Virus record (IMG/VR): IMGVR_UViG_3300032212_000046
Coordinates: 1 to 41,627 of that record
DNA: 41,627 nucleotides
Origin: a virus
Taxonomy: Duplodnaviria > Caudoviricetes
Strand: one strand, 5' to 3'
Of this stretch, positions 28,858-36,054 are shown piece after piece. The stretch's first letter is position 1. Every line of letters begins with the position of its first letter. Below the pieces are notes generated by a model. That model was not told the DNA's origin and made no database searches. It was given only the letters and a program-made list of their open reading frames with translations. The position numbers and the translations under genes are program-made.

Positions 28858-28990
28858 CAGTAAAGAGGTAAGACTTGGCTAGTTAGGAACACAGTTATTA
28901 CTTACTTTATCAAGTCGTCACGCAGTATGTTGGCGATACTCATAAAGAAATCGGATGCTGTCAGGTTACGCAGGTCTTACCTTTTTACTG
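28858..28990 (+). ncRNA. structured RNA unit G2
   Basis: 20-bp stem CAGTAAAGAGGTAAGACTTG / CAGGTCTTACCTTTTTACTG with two G-U pairs; inner CTTTAT/ATAAAG and GTCGTCA/TGGCGAT helices. Confidence 0.6.
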
Positions 28991-29048
28991 ATTAAAACAA
29001 TTAACCATTTTCCTAACATCGGGAATATGGTCAACAAAGGAGAATAGA

Positions 29049-29246
29049 GTGAATATAAAGCTTACAAAAGGCGATGAACAATTTGACGCATGTCGGAAAC
29101 TGGCTAAGTTTTTAGGATGCGATCACCCGGAAGAAGCGGCTTATGCGATAGAAGCTTTTATGTCTTCGTACTACCAAGACGGTGAGACTTTGCCGATGAG
29201 TTTGTCTTTTGCAAAGAAAGATTATAATGAGATGCGCGGAGAATGA
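29049..29246 (+). CDS. hypothetical protein
   Basis: AAGGAG SD with GTG start. Confidence 0.6.
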   Translation: MNIKLTKGDEQFDACRKLAKFLGCDHPEEAAYAIEAFMSSYYQDGETLPMSLSFAKKDYNEMRGE

Positions 29247-29283
29247 ACATAACAGTGGCTGTTAAACATCTTGAGGTTAAACC

Positions 29284-29583
29284 ATGAGCATAGAAGAATA
29301 TAACTGGGGTGATCCAGATTTAGAATGCCATTATGATAATGACGGCTTGTTATGGGTTGGAGATTATCTATCATCTGATAATATAAGCTTTAACAAACAA
29401 GACGCCATAGCAATAGCTAAACACTTCGATGTAGACAGAGAGTCATTGGTGTTGAAGATTAAGGAGTTGATTAATGTCATAAATTATGATTTTGGCAAAG
29501 TTGAAGGATTCAGAGATTTAACAGATCTTGAAATGTTTCTCATTGAAAGTAACGGACGCTTAAAAAAGGAAATGGATGGTTAG
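29284..29583 (+). CDS. hypothetical protein
   Basis: GAGG SD; 99 aa. Confidence 0.6.
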   Translation: MSIEEYNWGDPDLECHYDNDGLLWVGDYLSSDNISFNKQDAIAIAKHFDVDRESLVLKIKELINVINYDFGKVEGFRDLTDLEMFLIESNGRLKKEMDG

Positions 29584-29715
29584 ATAATGCCTAGGTTGGC
29601 ATGCTCGTTTTTGTGGGGCTGTTTATTCGGCTCAGTCGGTACATGCTTAACTTATATATTAGCTAGTATAATATTTGGATAATTTTAAATAAAAGTTTGA
29701 AAACAGGAAAATAAA

Positions 29716-30075
29716 ATGAGCGAATTAGATAAAACCCCAGTTATTACTTATGATGTAGATGAAGATCATGGAACTGTAAGTATTTTTTATAACTTAAAAC
29801 TTGTTGTAGAGTGGTGTTATGAAGACGATGACGATATTCAATCACTTTTAGGTGACTTCACTAAAATATTTAATTTAGGCATTGTTTGCGGAAAAGAAAA
29901 CAATGAGGTTGATATGAGTAAAGAAAAATGTTTTTACTGCGGAAACTATGAATCACTGGCAGCTATAGCCAAAGCTACAGGATCCAGACCAGATGTTGCT
30001 TATTTAAAAATTAGTCGTCTTGAGAAAGAGAACGAAGATTTGAGAAATAGGTTAAATAAAAGTTTGAAAATATAA
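29716..30075 (+). CDS. hypothetical protein
   Basis: AGGA SD; an internal GAGG SD with MSKEKCFYC suggests a second start. Confidence 0.6.
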   Translation: MSELDKTPVITYDVDEDHGTVSIFYNLKLVVEWCYEDDDDIQSLLGDFTKIFNLGIVCGKENNEVDMSKEKCFYCGNYESLAAIAKATGSRPDVAYLKISRLEKENEDLRNRLNKSLKI

Positions 30076-30139
30076 TTAAACCATTGCAAAACAGAAGGAG
30101 GTGAATTAAAATAGTAATTGCTGATTGATACCAGCCAAT

Positions 30140-30958
30140 CGATATAAAGTAGACCTAAAGTCTTTAACTTAGAGCATCAATTTCAGAGCCTTAGTTCATA
30201 AATCTTTATATCGTAACTATATACGGCTGTTATCAACTGGGGTTTTTGCTTTAAGTTAAGGGCTTTTTTTATGTCTGTTATTTGTTCTTGTTCATTGACG
30301 GTTCGTTGTGGCAAATAACAGGCATACCCTTCAAAGCAAGTAGACTGTTTAATACTTGGTATTGGTGAGTCACATACTTTAAATCAAGCCGGTTTGAGTC
30401 CGGAAGCCAGTACCAAGCCATAAGCAGTCTAATAAAGTGTTTATATAAGATTAGTCTAGATGTAAGTGTAACGTTCACAAAGCGTAGCCTGGTAAGCGTA
30501 GTTAGTGATACAAAATCCGTTTTAGACTAATCCCGTATAAACACTTACCTCAGAATAGATAATATAAAGTAGATATTTGGGTATTGGTTTAGCTAGTGCT
30601 ACGAGATAGAATTTAATAAGTTTTTTCTTTTTTCTTTGTTACTTATTAACAGCTTCTCAAAACCAGCAGATATCTACATTATATTATCTTAAATAGTCCT
30701 TAATTAGATTAAACTATATCAGCGTAAATAATCTATCAACTTTGTAATGCGGCTTAATTTCGGGAGACTACCCGAAAGCGGAACTTACCTGTATTGACCC
30801 TCAGCCGCCGATACCGTTATCACACGGGGACGGATAAACAGCGAGCAAGTGGGATGCGACCCACGTTAACATGCTGATATATGTTACAAGGTTGGTGATT
30901 GCAGTTTAACAGTAGTTACCTGTATTAACTTTTTTCGCTGCCTAATGCGAGGGTTGAA
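30140..30958 (+). ncRNA. array of six structured RNA units (A-F)
   Basis: Long closing stems at 30157-30266, 30270-30326, 30341-30431, 30435-30546, 30557-30689 and 30709-30909; many mismatches resolve as G-U on the + strand; no credible ORF over about 880 bp. Confidence 0.6.
30358..30415 (+). other. truncated tRNA-like element (T-arm, acceptor-like stem, ACCA)
   Basis: CCGG-TTTGAGT-CCGG T-arm followed by AAGCCAGT-ACCA pairing with GGTATTGG; too short for a tRNA, with no proper D or anticodon stem. Confidence 0.5.
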
Positions 30959-30960
30959 GT

Positions 30961-31314
30961 ATGGCTGGTACAATTACATATTTATATATAATAAGGTCTG
31001 GTTTAAGCAACTCAGATCCAATTAAGATAGGTATAGCAGATAATGTCGAAAACCGTCTTAGCGGTATGCAAACTGGTAATCCTAGGGAGTTAGTGGTTCT
31101 TTATAAGATACCGATGAACAGCAGAAATCATGCGTTTATGGTTGAAAATAGATTACATAGAAAGTTATCTAAATTTAATATTAGAGGTGAATGGTTTGTT
31201 GGTAGGGCATTAAATAAGATTCATATTAAAGACTTACTTGAAAAAAGAAAACATGAAAAACTTTACCATGAGGATGATTTAGATATGATTTACGAAGCTA
31301 ATAAATATATTTAA
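30961..31314 (+). CDS. T5orf172/MUG113-family GIY-YIG nuclease-like protein
   Basis: YLYII...PIKIGIA.N.E.RL..MQTGNP..L...E.RLH......IRGEWF. Confidence 0.9.
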   Translation: MAGTITYLYIIRSGLSNSDPIKIGIADNVENRLSGMQTGNPRELVVLYKIPMNSRNHAFMVENRLHRKLSKFNIRGEWFVGRALNKIHIKDLLEKRKHEKLYHEDDLDMIYEANKYI

Positions 31315-31357
31315 CCCTCATTAGACAACCTATAACTTAAATAAGGTGAAATAAAAA

Positions 31358-31531
31358 GTGAAATCAATAAACCTAATAAAAGCCGAAGCCATAGAAGAAG
31401 CTAGATTATCAATTATAATACATTCACCACCAAGAGAAGGAACGTTTTTAGAAGGCGCTGAATGGGTTTTTGATGAAATATCAAAACAACTTGAGAAAAA
31501 TGTATTTGAGCTAAACCAAGAGGATAAATAA
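31358..31531 (+). CDS. hypothetical protein, 57 aa
   Basis: AAGGTG SD with GTG start; manually translated; ends 1 nt before the next ATG. Confidence 0.5.
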   Translation: MKSINLIKAEAIEEARLSIIIHSPPREGTFLEGAEWVFDEISKQLEKNVFELNQEDK

Positions 31532-31532
31532 A

Positions 31533-31859
31533 ATGAAGCATATACACTTGAAAGAATTAATTAAAGAGCTTGAAAATATGAACCAAGAAGGGGTTGTGCC
31601 TTTTGGCTTTGGTGAGCCAGATAGTTACAGAGGTTATTACTCTGAATTAGCATTTGAACCGTTGGAAAATGCAAAAATTTGCGATATGTTGGAGCACGCT
31701 AAATCCGCACTGGATAAAAAATTTACCGGTTACAAAGGTGGCGAACATACCATGCACGAATATACTGATTGTTATATAGCTGAGTATGGTTGCAGTGCTG
31801 GTGATAAAATAGGTATGACTTTAATCAACATGTGGAAACATTCGATTAAAAATGACTAG
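31533..31859 (+). CDS. conserved phage hypothetical protein
   Basis: GFGEPDSYRGYYSELAFEP...FTGYKGGE motif; GAGGA SD. Confidence 0.7.
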   Translation: MKHIHLKELIKELENMNQEGVVPFGFGEPDSYRGYYSELAFEPLENAKICDMLEHAKSALDKKFTGYKGGEHTMHEYTDCYIAEYGCSAGDKIGMTLINMWKHSIKND

Positions 31860-32253
31860 CGAAGTAATATCATTTAATTGGAGGCCTCATGGTAAAACTA
31901 GCAGTACGCTATTGAATGCTGGATTTACACAAGAGCAACTAAACCGAATTGGTAAAGTTTTTATTGAGAGGCATTTAGGTAAAACAGTCGATGACGCATC
32001 AACCAAGTTTAAAAATATGGTTAGGAGTAGCGAATCCGCTCATGGAATAGAAGCGACCGAACCGGAAAATATTAACGAAAAACACAAAGAGTTAATGAGC
32101 AATAAGTCAGAGAATGGCGAGGAAAGAGCAAAGGAAGTTAAAGAGAGCGAGACAAGTGATGGCATGAAGCTAAAGTGCGCGAATATGATTAAAGCTAGAT
32201 ACGGCACTCCATTTGATGAATGCAAAAAGATAGTAGGATTAGAGATTAACTAA
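31852..32253 (+). CDS. putative DnaT-like ssDNA-binding replication protein
   Basis: I..NWRP...LL.AG.....L....KVF......K......KF..MV resembles the DnaT-like domain of phage initiators; no N-terminal HTH. Confidence 0.45.
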   Translation: MTSEVISFNWRPHGKTSSTLLNAGFTQEQLNRIGKVFIERHLGKTVDDASTKFKNMVRSSESAHGIEATEPENINEKHKELMSNKSENGEERAKEVKESETSDGMKLKCANMIKARYGTPFDECKKIVGLEIN

Positions 32254-32266
32254 CGAGGAATAGAAA

Positions 32267-32449
32267 ATGAGTGAAACAGTGCATTATATAGGAAAATTAA
32301 AGCCAACTGGGAAAACGGTAAGCGAATATGCTGGAGATGTCGAAATCCCAGAAGGTGACACTCTTGATGAATATTTCGAGGGTGAATATTACAATGGAGG
32401 CTGTGGATTTAACGAAGCTCTTAAAGAGGCGATAAATAACAACCATTAA
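32267..32449 (+). CDS. hypothetical protein
   Basis: GAGGA SD; MSETVHY.GKL...YYNGGC motifs. Confidence 0.6.
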   Translation: MSETVHYIGKLKPTGKTVSEYAGDVEIPEGDTLDEYFEGEYYNGGCGFNEALKEAINNNH

Positions 32450-32468
32450 CTTAAATAAGGAGAATATA

Positions 32469-33119
32469 GTGAATAACAAAGTATATTTTTACCAAAATAA
32501 CCCGTGCATAATTATCAGAGATGTTAATGAAGAATTTGCAGAAATAAGATTAAGTCATCATTTTGCTGGCGATATGGAGCTAACAGGTCAGTGCATGGGT
32601 TGTAATGTTGGTGATAGCGATAACAAGTTATCGTGTACATGTGATGAGCACTCATGGATTATCGAAGAGGTTCAAGAAGAGGAAAACCTTTTATTGGTGA
32701 TGTGTGAAAAAAGGCTTTTATCGGAAATTCCGGTCGAGCATATGGATATATCAGCACTCGCTCAAGAAAGGAAAAGATGGCAAGAGAGATTAGCTAAAAC
32801 TAAAGATCTCCACGAGGAGTGGAGGCTAGATTTAAACGTAAAAAAATCAAAATCTGAATCTCTAAAGCTTGAGATAGACGCTTTAAAAAAGGATGTAGAA
32901 GCTAATCGAGTTATCAGACAACAGAGCGAAAAAGGAATAGACGATCTTACTCAGGAGTACAATAAGATCATTGTTACTATTGGATATGGTCAGAAACAAA
33001 TCACAATGAAAGAATACGACAGGTTGCTAAAAAGGGATGAAACCCTATCTAAACTTGAAGCTGGCGGGGTTGACAACTGGGAATGGTACGACGAATCCAT
33101 AAATCCAACTGTAACTTAA
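32469..33119 (+). CDS. coiled-coil hypothetical protein
   Basis: AAGGAG SD; C-terminal L.KLEAGGVDNWEWYD motif common in phages. Confidence 0.7.
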   Translation: MNNKVYFYQNNPCIIIRDVNEEFAEIRLSHHFAGDMELTGQCMGCNVGDSDNKLSCTCDEHSWIIEEVQEEENLLLVMCEKRLLSEIPVEHMDISALAQERKRWQERLAKTKDLHEEWRLDLNVKKSKSESLKLEIDALKKDVEANRVIRQQSEKGIDDLTQEYNKIIVTIGYGQKQITMKEYDRLLKRDETLSKLEAGGVDNWEWYDESINPTVT

Positions 33120-33146
33120 TTAAATAAACTAAAGAGGAATGAAAGA

Positions 33147-33338
33147 ATGAAACATAAAGGATGTAAACATCTCGACTATAGTACCAACTACATTGACTGT
33201 AAAATAGTTGAGGTCGATGGTTATAAGTGGTGGGAGCGTCAAAATCCTCCATACGAAGGCGCGCCAATTAAGGTTCAATTTTGCGGAAAAGGTCGAGGCA
33301 GAATAAATGGAATATTCCAGTGCAAGCCAAATCGATAA
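33147..33338 (+). CDS. Cys-containing hypothetical protein
   Basis: GAGGA SD; 63 aa. Confidence 0.6.
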   Translation: MKHKGCKHLDYSTNYIDCKIVEVDGYKWWERQNPPYEGAPIKVQFCGKGRGRINGIFQCKPNR

Positions 33339-33365
33339 ATATTTAACCAAACATAAGGAATAGAA

Positions 33366-33566
33366 ATGAAACTAAAAGAATTTATAAGCAATCTAAATAA
33401 TCTTGTTAAAACAAATCCAGAGGCTCTTGATTATGATGTTGTTACAAGCAAAGACGATGAAGGAAATGGATTTAATCTAGTTTATTACGCACCACAAATA
33501 GGTCATTTCGATGAAGATAGAGACTTTCAGGAAGTTCAAGAAGCTAATGCGGTATGTGTTAATTAG
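33366..33566 (+). CDS. hypothetical protein
   Basis: AAGGA SD; V.SKDDEGNGF motif. Confidence 0.65.
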   Translation: MKLKEFISNLNNLVKTNPEALDYDVVTSKDDEGNGFNLVYYAPQIGHFDEDRDFQEVQEANAVCVN

Positions 33567-33599
33567 ACAACCTATAAACTAAACAAGGATAAATAGACA

Positions 33600-34160
33600 A
33601 TGTACGAACCAAAAAACAAAGTAGACAAAGACAGCTTTAGAACTCCGCAATATATTTTTGACTGGCTTAACAGTAAATATAACTTTGATATTAATCTTGC
33701 GTCCGATCAAAATAATAAGCTATGCGCTGAAAGCTATGATAAAAAATATGACGCGCTTAGTGCTATATGGTTCGATCCTGAATTTGATATCCTTGTAGGA
33801 TTTTGTAATCCACCTTATTCAAAAATTAATCCTTGGATAGAAAAAGCGATAGATGAGGCTAAGTTCGGGTTCACTACTGTTTTTCTTATTCCTGACTTTA
33901 ATGGTGAGGAAATGTTTGATTTAATCAGCCGTCACGCAACAACAATAATTCATTTAATCGGTAGAGTATCGTTTCTCTCACCATGCGACCATATTGTAAA
34001 AGTAAAAAACAAGCCAGACAAGTTAATCAAGGAAGGTGATGAGATGACCGGAAACAATCGCGGCTCGTGTGTAGTTGAATTTTCAAAAAGGTATTGGGAT
34101 ATACCTCCAGTGCATTTATACGCCAACACTAAAGACATTAAAGCAGAGTTTGAGAAATGA
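33600..34160 (+). CDS. dam: phage N6-adenine DNA methyltransferase (T1/HP1 Dam family)
   Basis: D..RTPQYIFDWL, catalytic FCNPPYS, PWIEKA..E, GRVSF. Confidence 0.9.
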   Translation: MYEPKNKVDKDSFRTPQYIFDWLNSKYNFDINLASDQNNKLCAESYDKKYDALSAIWFDPEFDILVGFCNPPYSKINPWIEKAIDEAKFGFTTVFLIPDFNGEEMFDLISRHATTIIHLIGRVSFLSPCDHIVKVKNKPDKLIKEGDEMTGNNRGSCVVEFSKRYWDIPPVHLYANTKDIKAEFEK

Positions 34161-34561
34161 GAAAGCCAATATTGAGAGCGTGGGATTATTTTCACAATAA
34201 AATGTTATACGGAGATGAGTTCGATATAAATAATCACCACGACGGAATAACAGCAGATATATTCACATTTACTGACGACAATACAGTTCATCCAATAATG
34301 CAATACACCGGTCTAACCGATAAGAACGGAGTCAAGATATTTGAAGGGGATATTATAAGCTCGCCACATTTTACAGATGCAGCCGGTAAGAATCATACGT
34401 TAAATCATATAGTAGAGTGGTCTGATAGGTTTAGCGGGTGGTTTTTACTGAACTGTAAATCTAAAGACCCAAATGATGGATCATTGCAACTGTTTGTTTC
34501 AAGATCAGGAAAAATTGAAGTTGTAGGTAATGTTTATGAAAATAATGAGCTAATAGAATGA
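34157..34561 (+). CDS. YopX family protein
   Basis: LRAWD...IMQYTGLTDKNGVKIFEGDII...IEVVGNVYENNEL. Confidence 0.92.
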   Translation: MRKPILRAWDYFHNKMLYGDEFDINNHHDGITADIFTFTDDNTVHPIMQYTGLTDKNGVKIFEGDIISSPHFTDAAGKNHTLNHIVEWSDRFSGWFLLNCKSKDPNDGSLQLFVSRSGKIEVVGNVYENNELIE

Positions 34562-34839
34562 AAATACTACACTTAACGCTTAAAAAGAAATGGTTCGACA
34601 TGATCGCAAGTGGTGAGAAAAAAGAAGAGTACCGAGAGATCAAGGTATATTGGGCTAAACGATTACTAAAGAACTACGATGCTATTTTATTTAGAAACGG
34701 TTACGGTGAGAAAGTACCAAGCGTTTTAGTTGAGTACAAAGGGTTGACTCAGGGGGTAGGGGATAAATCTTGGGGCGCTCCTATTGAGAAGGCTTATATT
34801 TTAAAGTTTGGTAAAATAATTAAAAATGACAACAACTAA
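34558..34839 (+). CDS. ASCH-domain protein
   Basis: LHLTLKKKWFDMIASGEKKEEYRE...FRNGY. Confidence 0.88.
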   Translation: MKILHLTLKKKWFDMIASGEKKEEYREIKVYWAKRLLKNYDAILFRNGYGEKVPSVLVEYKGLTQGVGDKSWGAPIEKAYILKFGKIIKNDNN

Positions 34840-35014
34840 ACCAAACAACACAGAAGAATTCAGAAAAGCTTGTTTACGCCGTCACTACGAGAATATGACA
34901 TACAGCACAGCAAGAAGATTACTATCTGAGTTATCTAAAAACGGCAAAGAAACAACTAAATCTAAACGCTTCAAAAAGAGAATTAACTATGCAAAAGGGT
35001 ATGAATTTATATGA
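34826..35014 (+). CDS. basic hypothetical protein
   Basis: 62 aa; overlaps both neighbours. Confidence 0.55.
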   Translation: MTTTKPNNTEEFRKACLRRHYENMTYSTARRLLSELSKNGKETTKSKRFKKRINYAKGYEFI

Positions 35015-35619
35015 GAGTGTTGTTAGCTTGCGAGGAAAGTCAAACAGTTTGTAAAGAATTCAGAAGGATTGGGCACGAAGCGTTTTCTTGTGATATTAAA
35101 AATTGCAGTGGAGGTAAACCAGAATGGCATATAAAAGGAGATGTTATAGATGTTATTAATGACGGATGGGATCTAATGATATCTTTTCCACCGTGCACAC
35201 ATTTAGCGGTTAGCGGCGCAGCATGGTTCGATGAAAAAATTAAAGATGGAAGGCAACAGCAGGGGATAGATTTTTTTATGAAAATGGTGAACGCTCCGAT
35301 TAATAAAATAGCTATTGAAAACCCAGTAGGAATAATGAGCAATAAATATAAAAAACCGACTCAAATTATACAACCATATTATTTTGGGGATGAGTTTCAA
35401 AAAACCACATGCCTATGGCTTAAAGGTTTAAACCCTTTGGTTCACCAGGAAAGTGATGATTTATTTAATAAAAAAACATGGGTCGACAGGGGGGAAATGA
35501 CCACATTTACCAGCGGAAAAGTCATGCCTAAATGGTATGCCGAATTGAGTGGAAATGGTGGCGAAAGATCTAAAACATTCCCAGGTATTGCTAAAGCAAT
35601 GGCTAATCAGTGGGGATAA
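35011..35619 (+). CDS. compact phage C5-cytosine DNA methyltransferase
   Basis: VLLACEES, catalytic FPPCTHL, IAIENPVG, QPYYFG...KTTCLWL, RSKTFPGIA.AMA.QWG. Confidence 0.85.
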   Translation: MRVLLACEESQTVCKEFRRIGHEAFSCDIKNCSGGKPEWHIKGDVIDVINDGWDLMISFPPCTHLAVSGAAWFDEKIKDGRQQQGIDFFMKMVNAPINKIAIENPVGIMSNKYKKPTQIIQPYYFGDEFQKTTCLWLKGLNPLVHQESDDLFNKKTWVDRGEMTTFTSGKVMPKWYAELSGNGGERSKTFPGIAKAMANQWG

Positions 35620-35632
35620 TTTAAAATAATAC

Positions 35633-35661
35633 TTGCATTCGCGAAAAGGAGTATATATACT
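35633..35661 (+). promoter_or_regulatory. sigma70 promoter for the recombination operon
   Basis: TTGCAT-17 bp-TATACT in the intergenic gap. Confidence 0.75.
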
Positions 35662-35687
35662 TACCTAAACTCAAAGAAGGAAAGTAA

Positions 35688-35885
35688 ATGACCATTAACA
35701 ACAAGTTAAAAAAATTAAGAGTCGATAGCGGAATGAGCCAAAGAGATTTAGCGTACAAGGCTGGTATTAGCCTGTCAACTGCGCACAATGCAGAGCAAGA
35801 AAATAATCATATTCGACTAAAAACAGCTTACAAAATAAGTGATGTATTTCAGCTTGACGTTAAAGAAATATGGGAGTGGAAATGA
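35688..35885 (+). CDS. XRE/Cro-like helix-turn-helix regulator
   Basis: NKLKKLR...GMSQRDLA.KAGIS.ST....E; no peptidase domain. Confidence 0.9.
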   Translation: MTINNKLKKLRVDSGMSQRDLAYKAGISLSTAHNAEQENNHIRLKTAYKISDVFQLDVKEIWEWK

Positions 35886-36054
35886 ACAGACTAATACCGA
35901 TAACAATTATAGTTCCTGTCGAAAAGTTGGGATTATCTTACAAGTTAAGCGAAGGATATCACGATAACGAGGATTTATTTGAGTTAACAATTGATGTTCC
36001 ATTTGATGAGAGTATCCTTGATGAGGTTATTATTGAAATAATACGGGGGAAAGA

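Noticed and set aside
30358-30415. Functional ochre-suppressor tRNA (UUA) or attP core
   Set aside because: Too short, with no D arm or anticodon stem; TAA is used as a normal stop genome-wide; no integrase present. Kept only as a tRNA-like element.
30278-30478. Minus-strand 66-aa ORF
   Set aside because: Contains the typical antisense-tRNA shadow (WLPDSNR) and opposes the genome-wide orientation.
30849-30900. Pistol ribozyme resemblance (hairpin followed by CCACGTTAA)
   Set aside because: No downstream complement to the loop for the required pseudoknot; I also saw no hammerhead core in either island.
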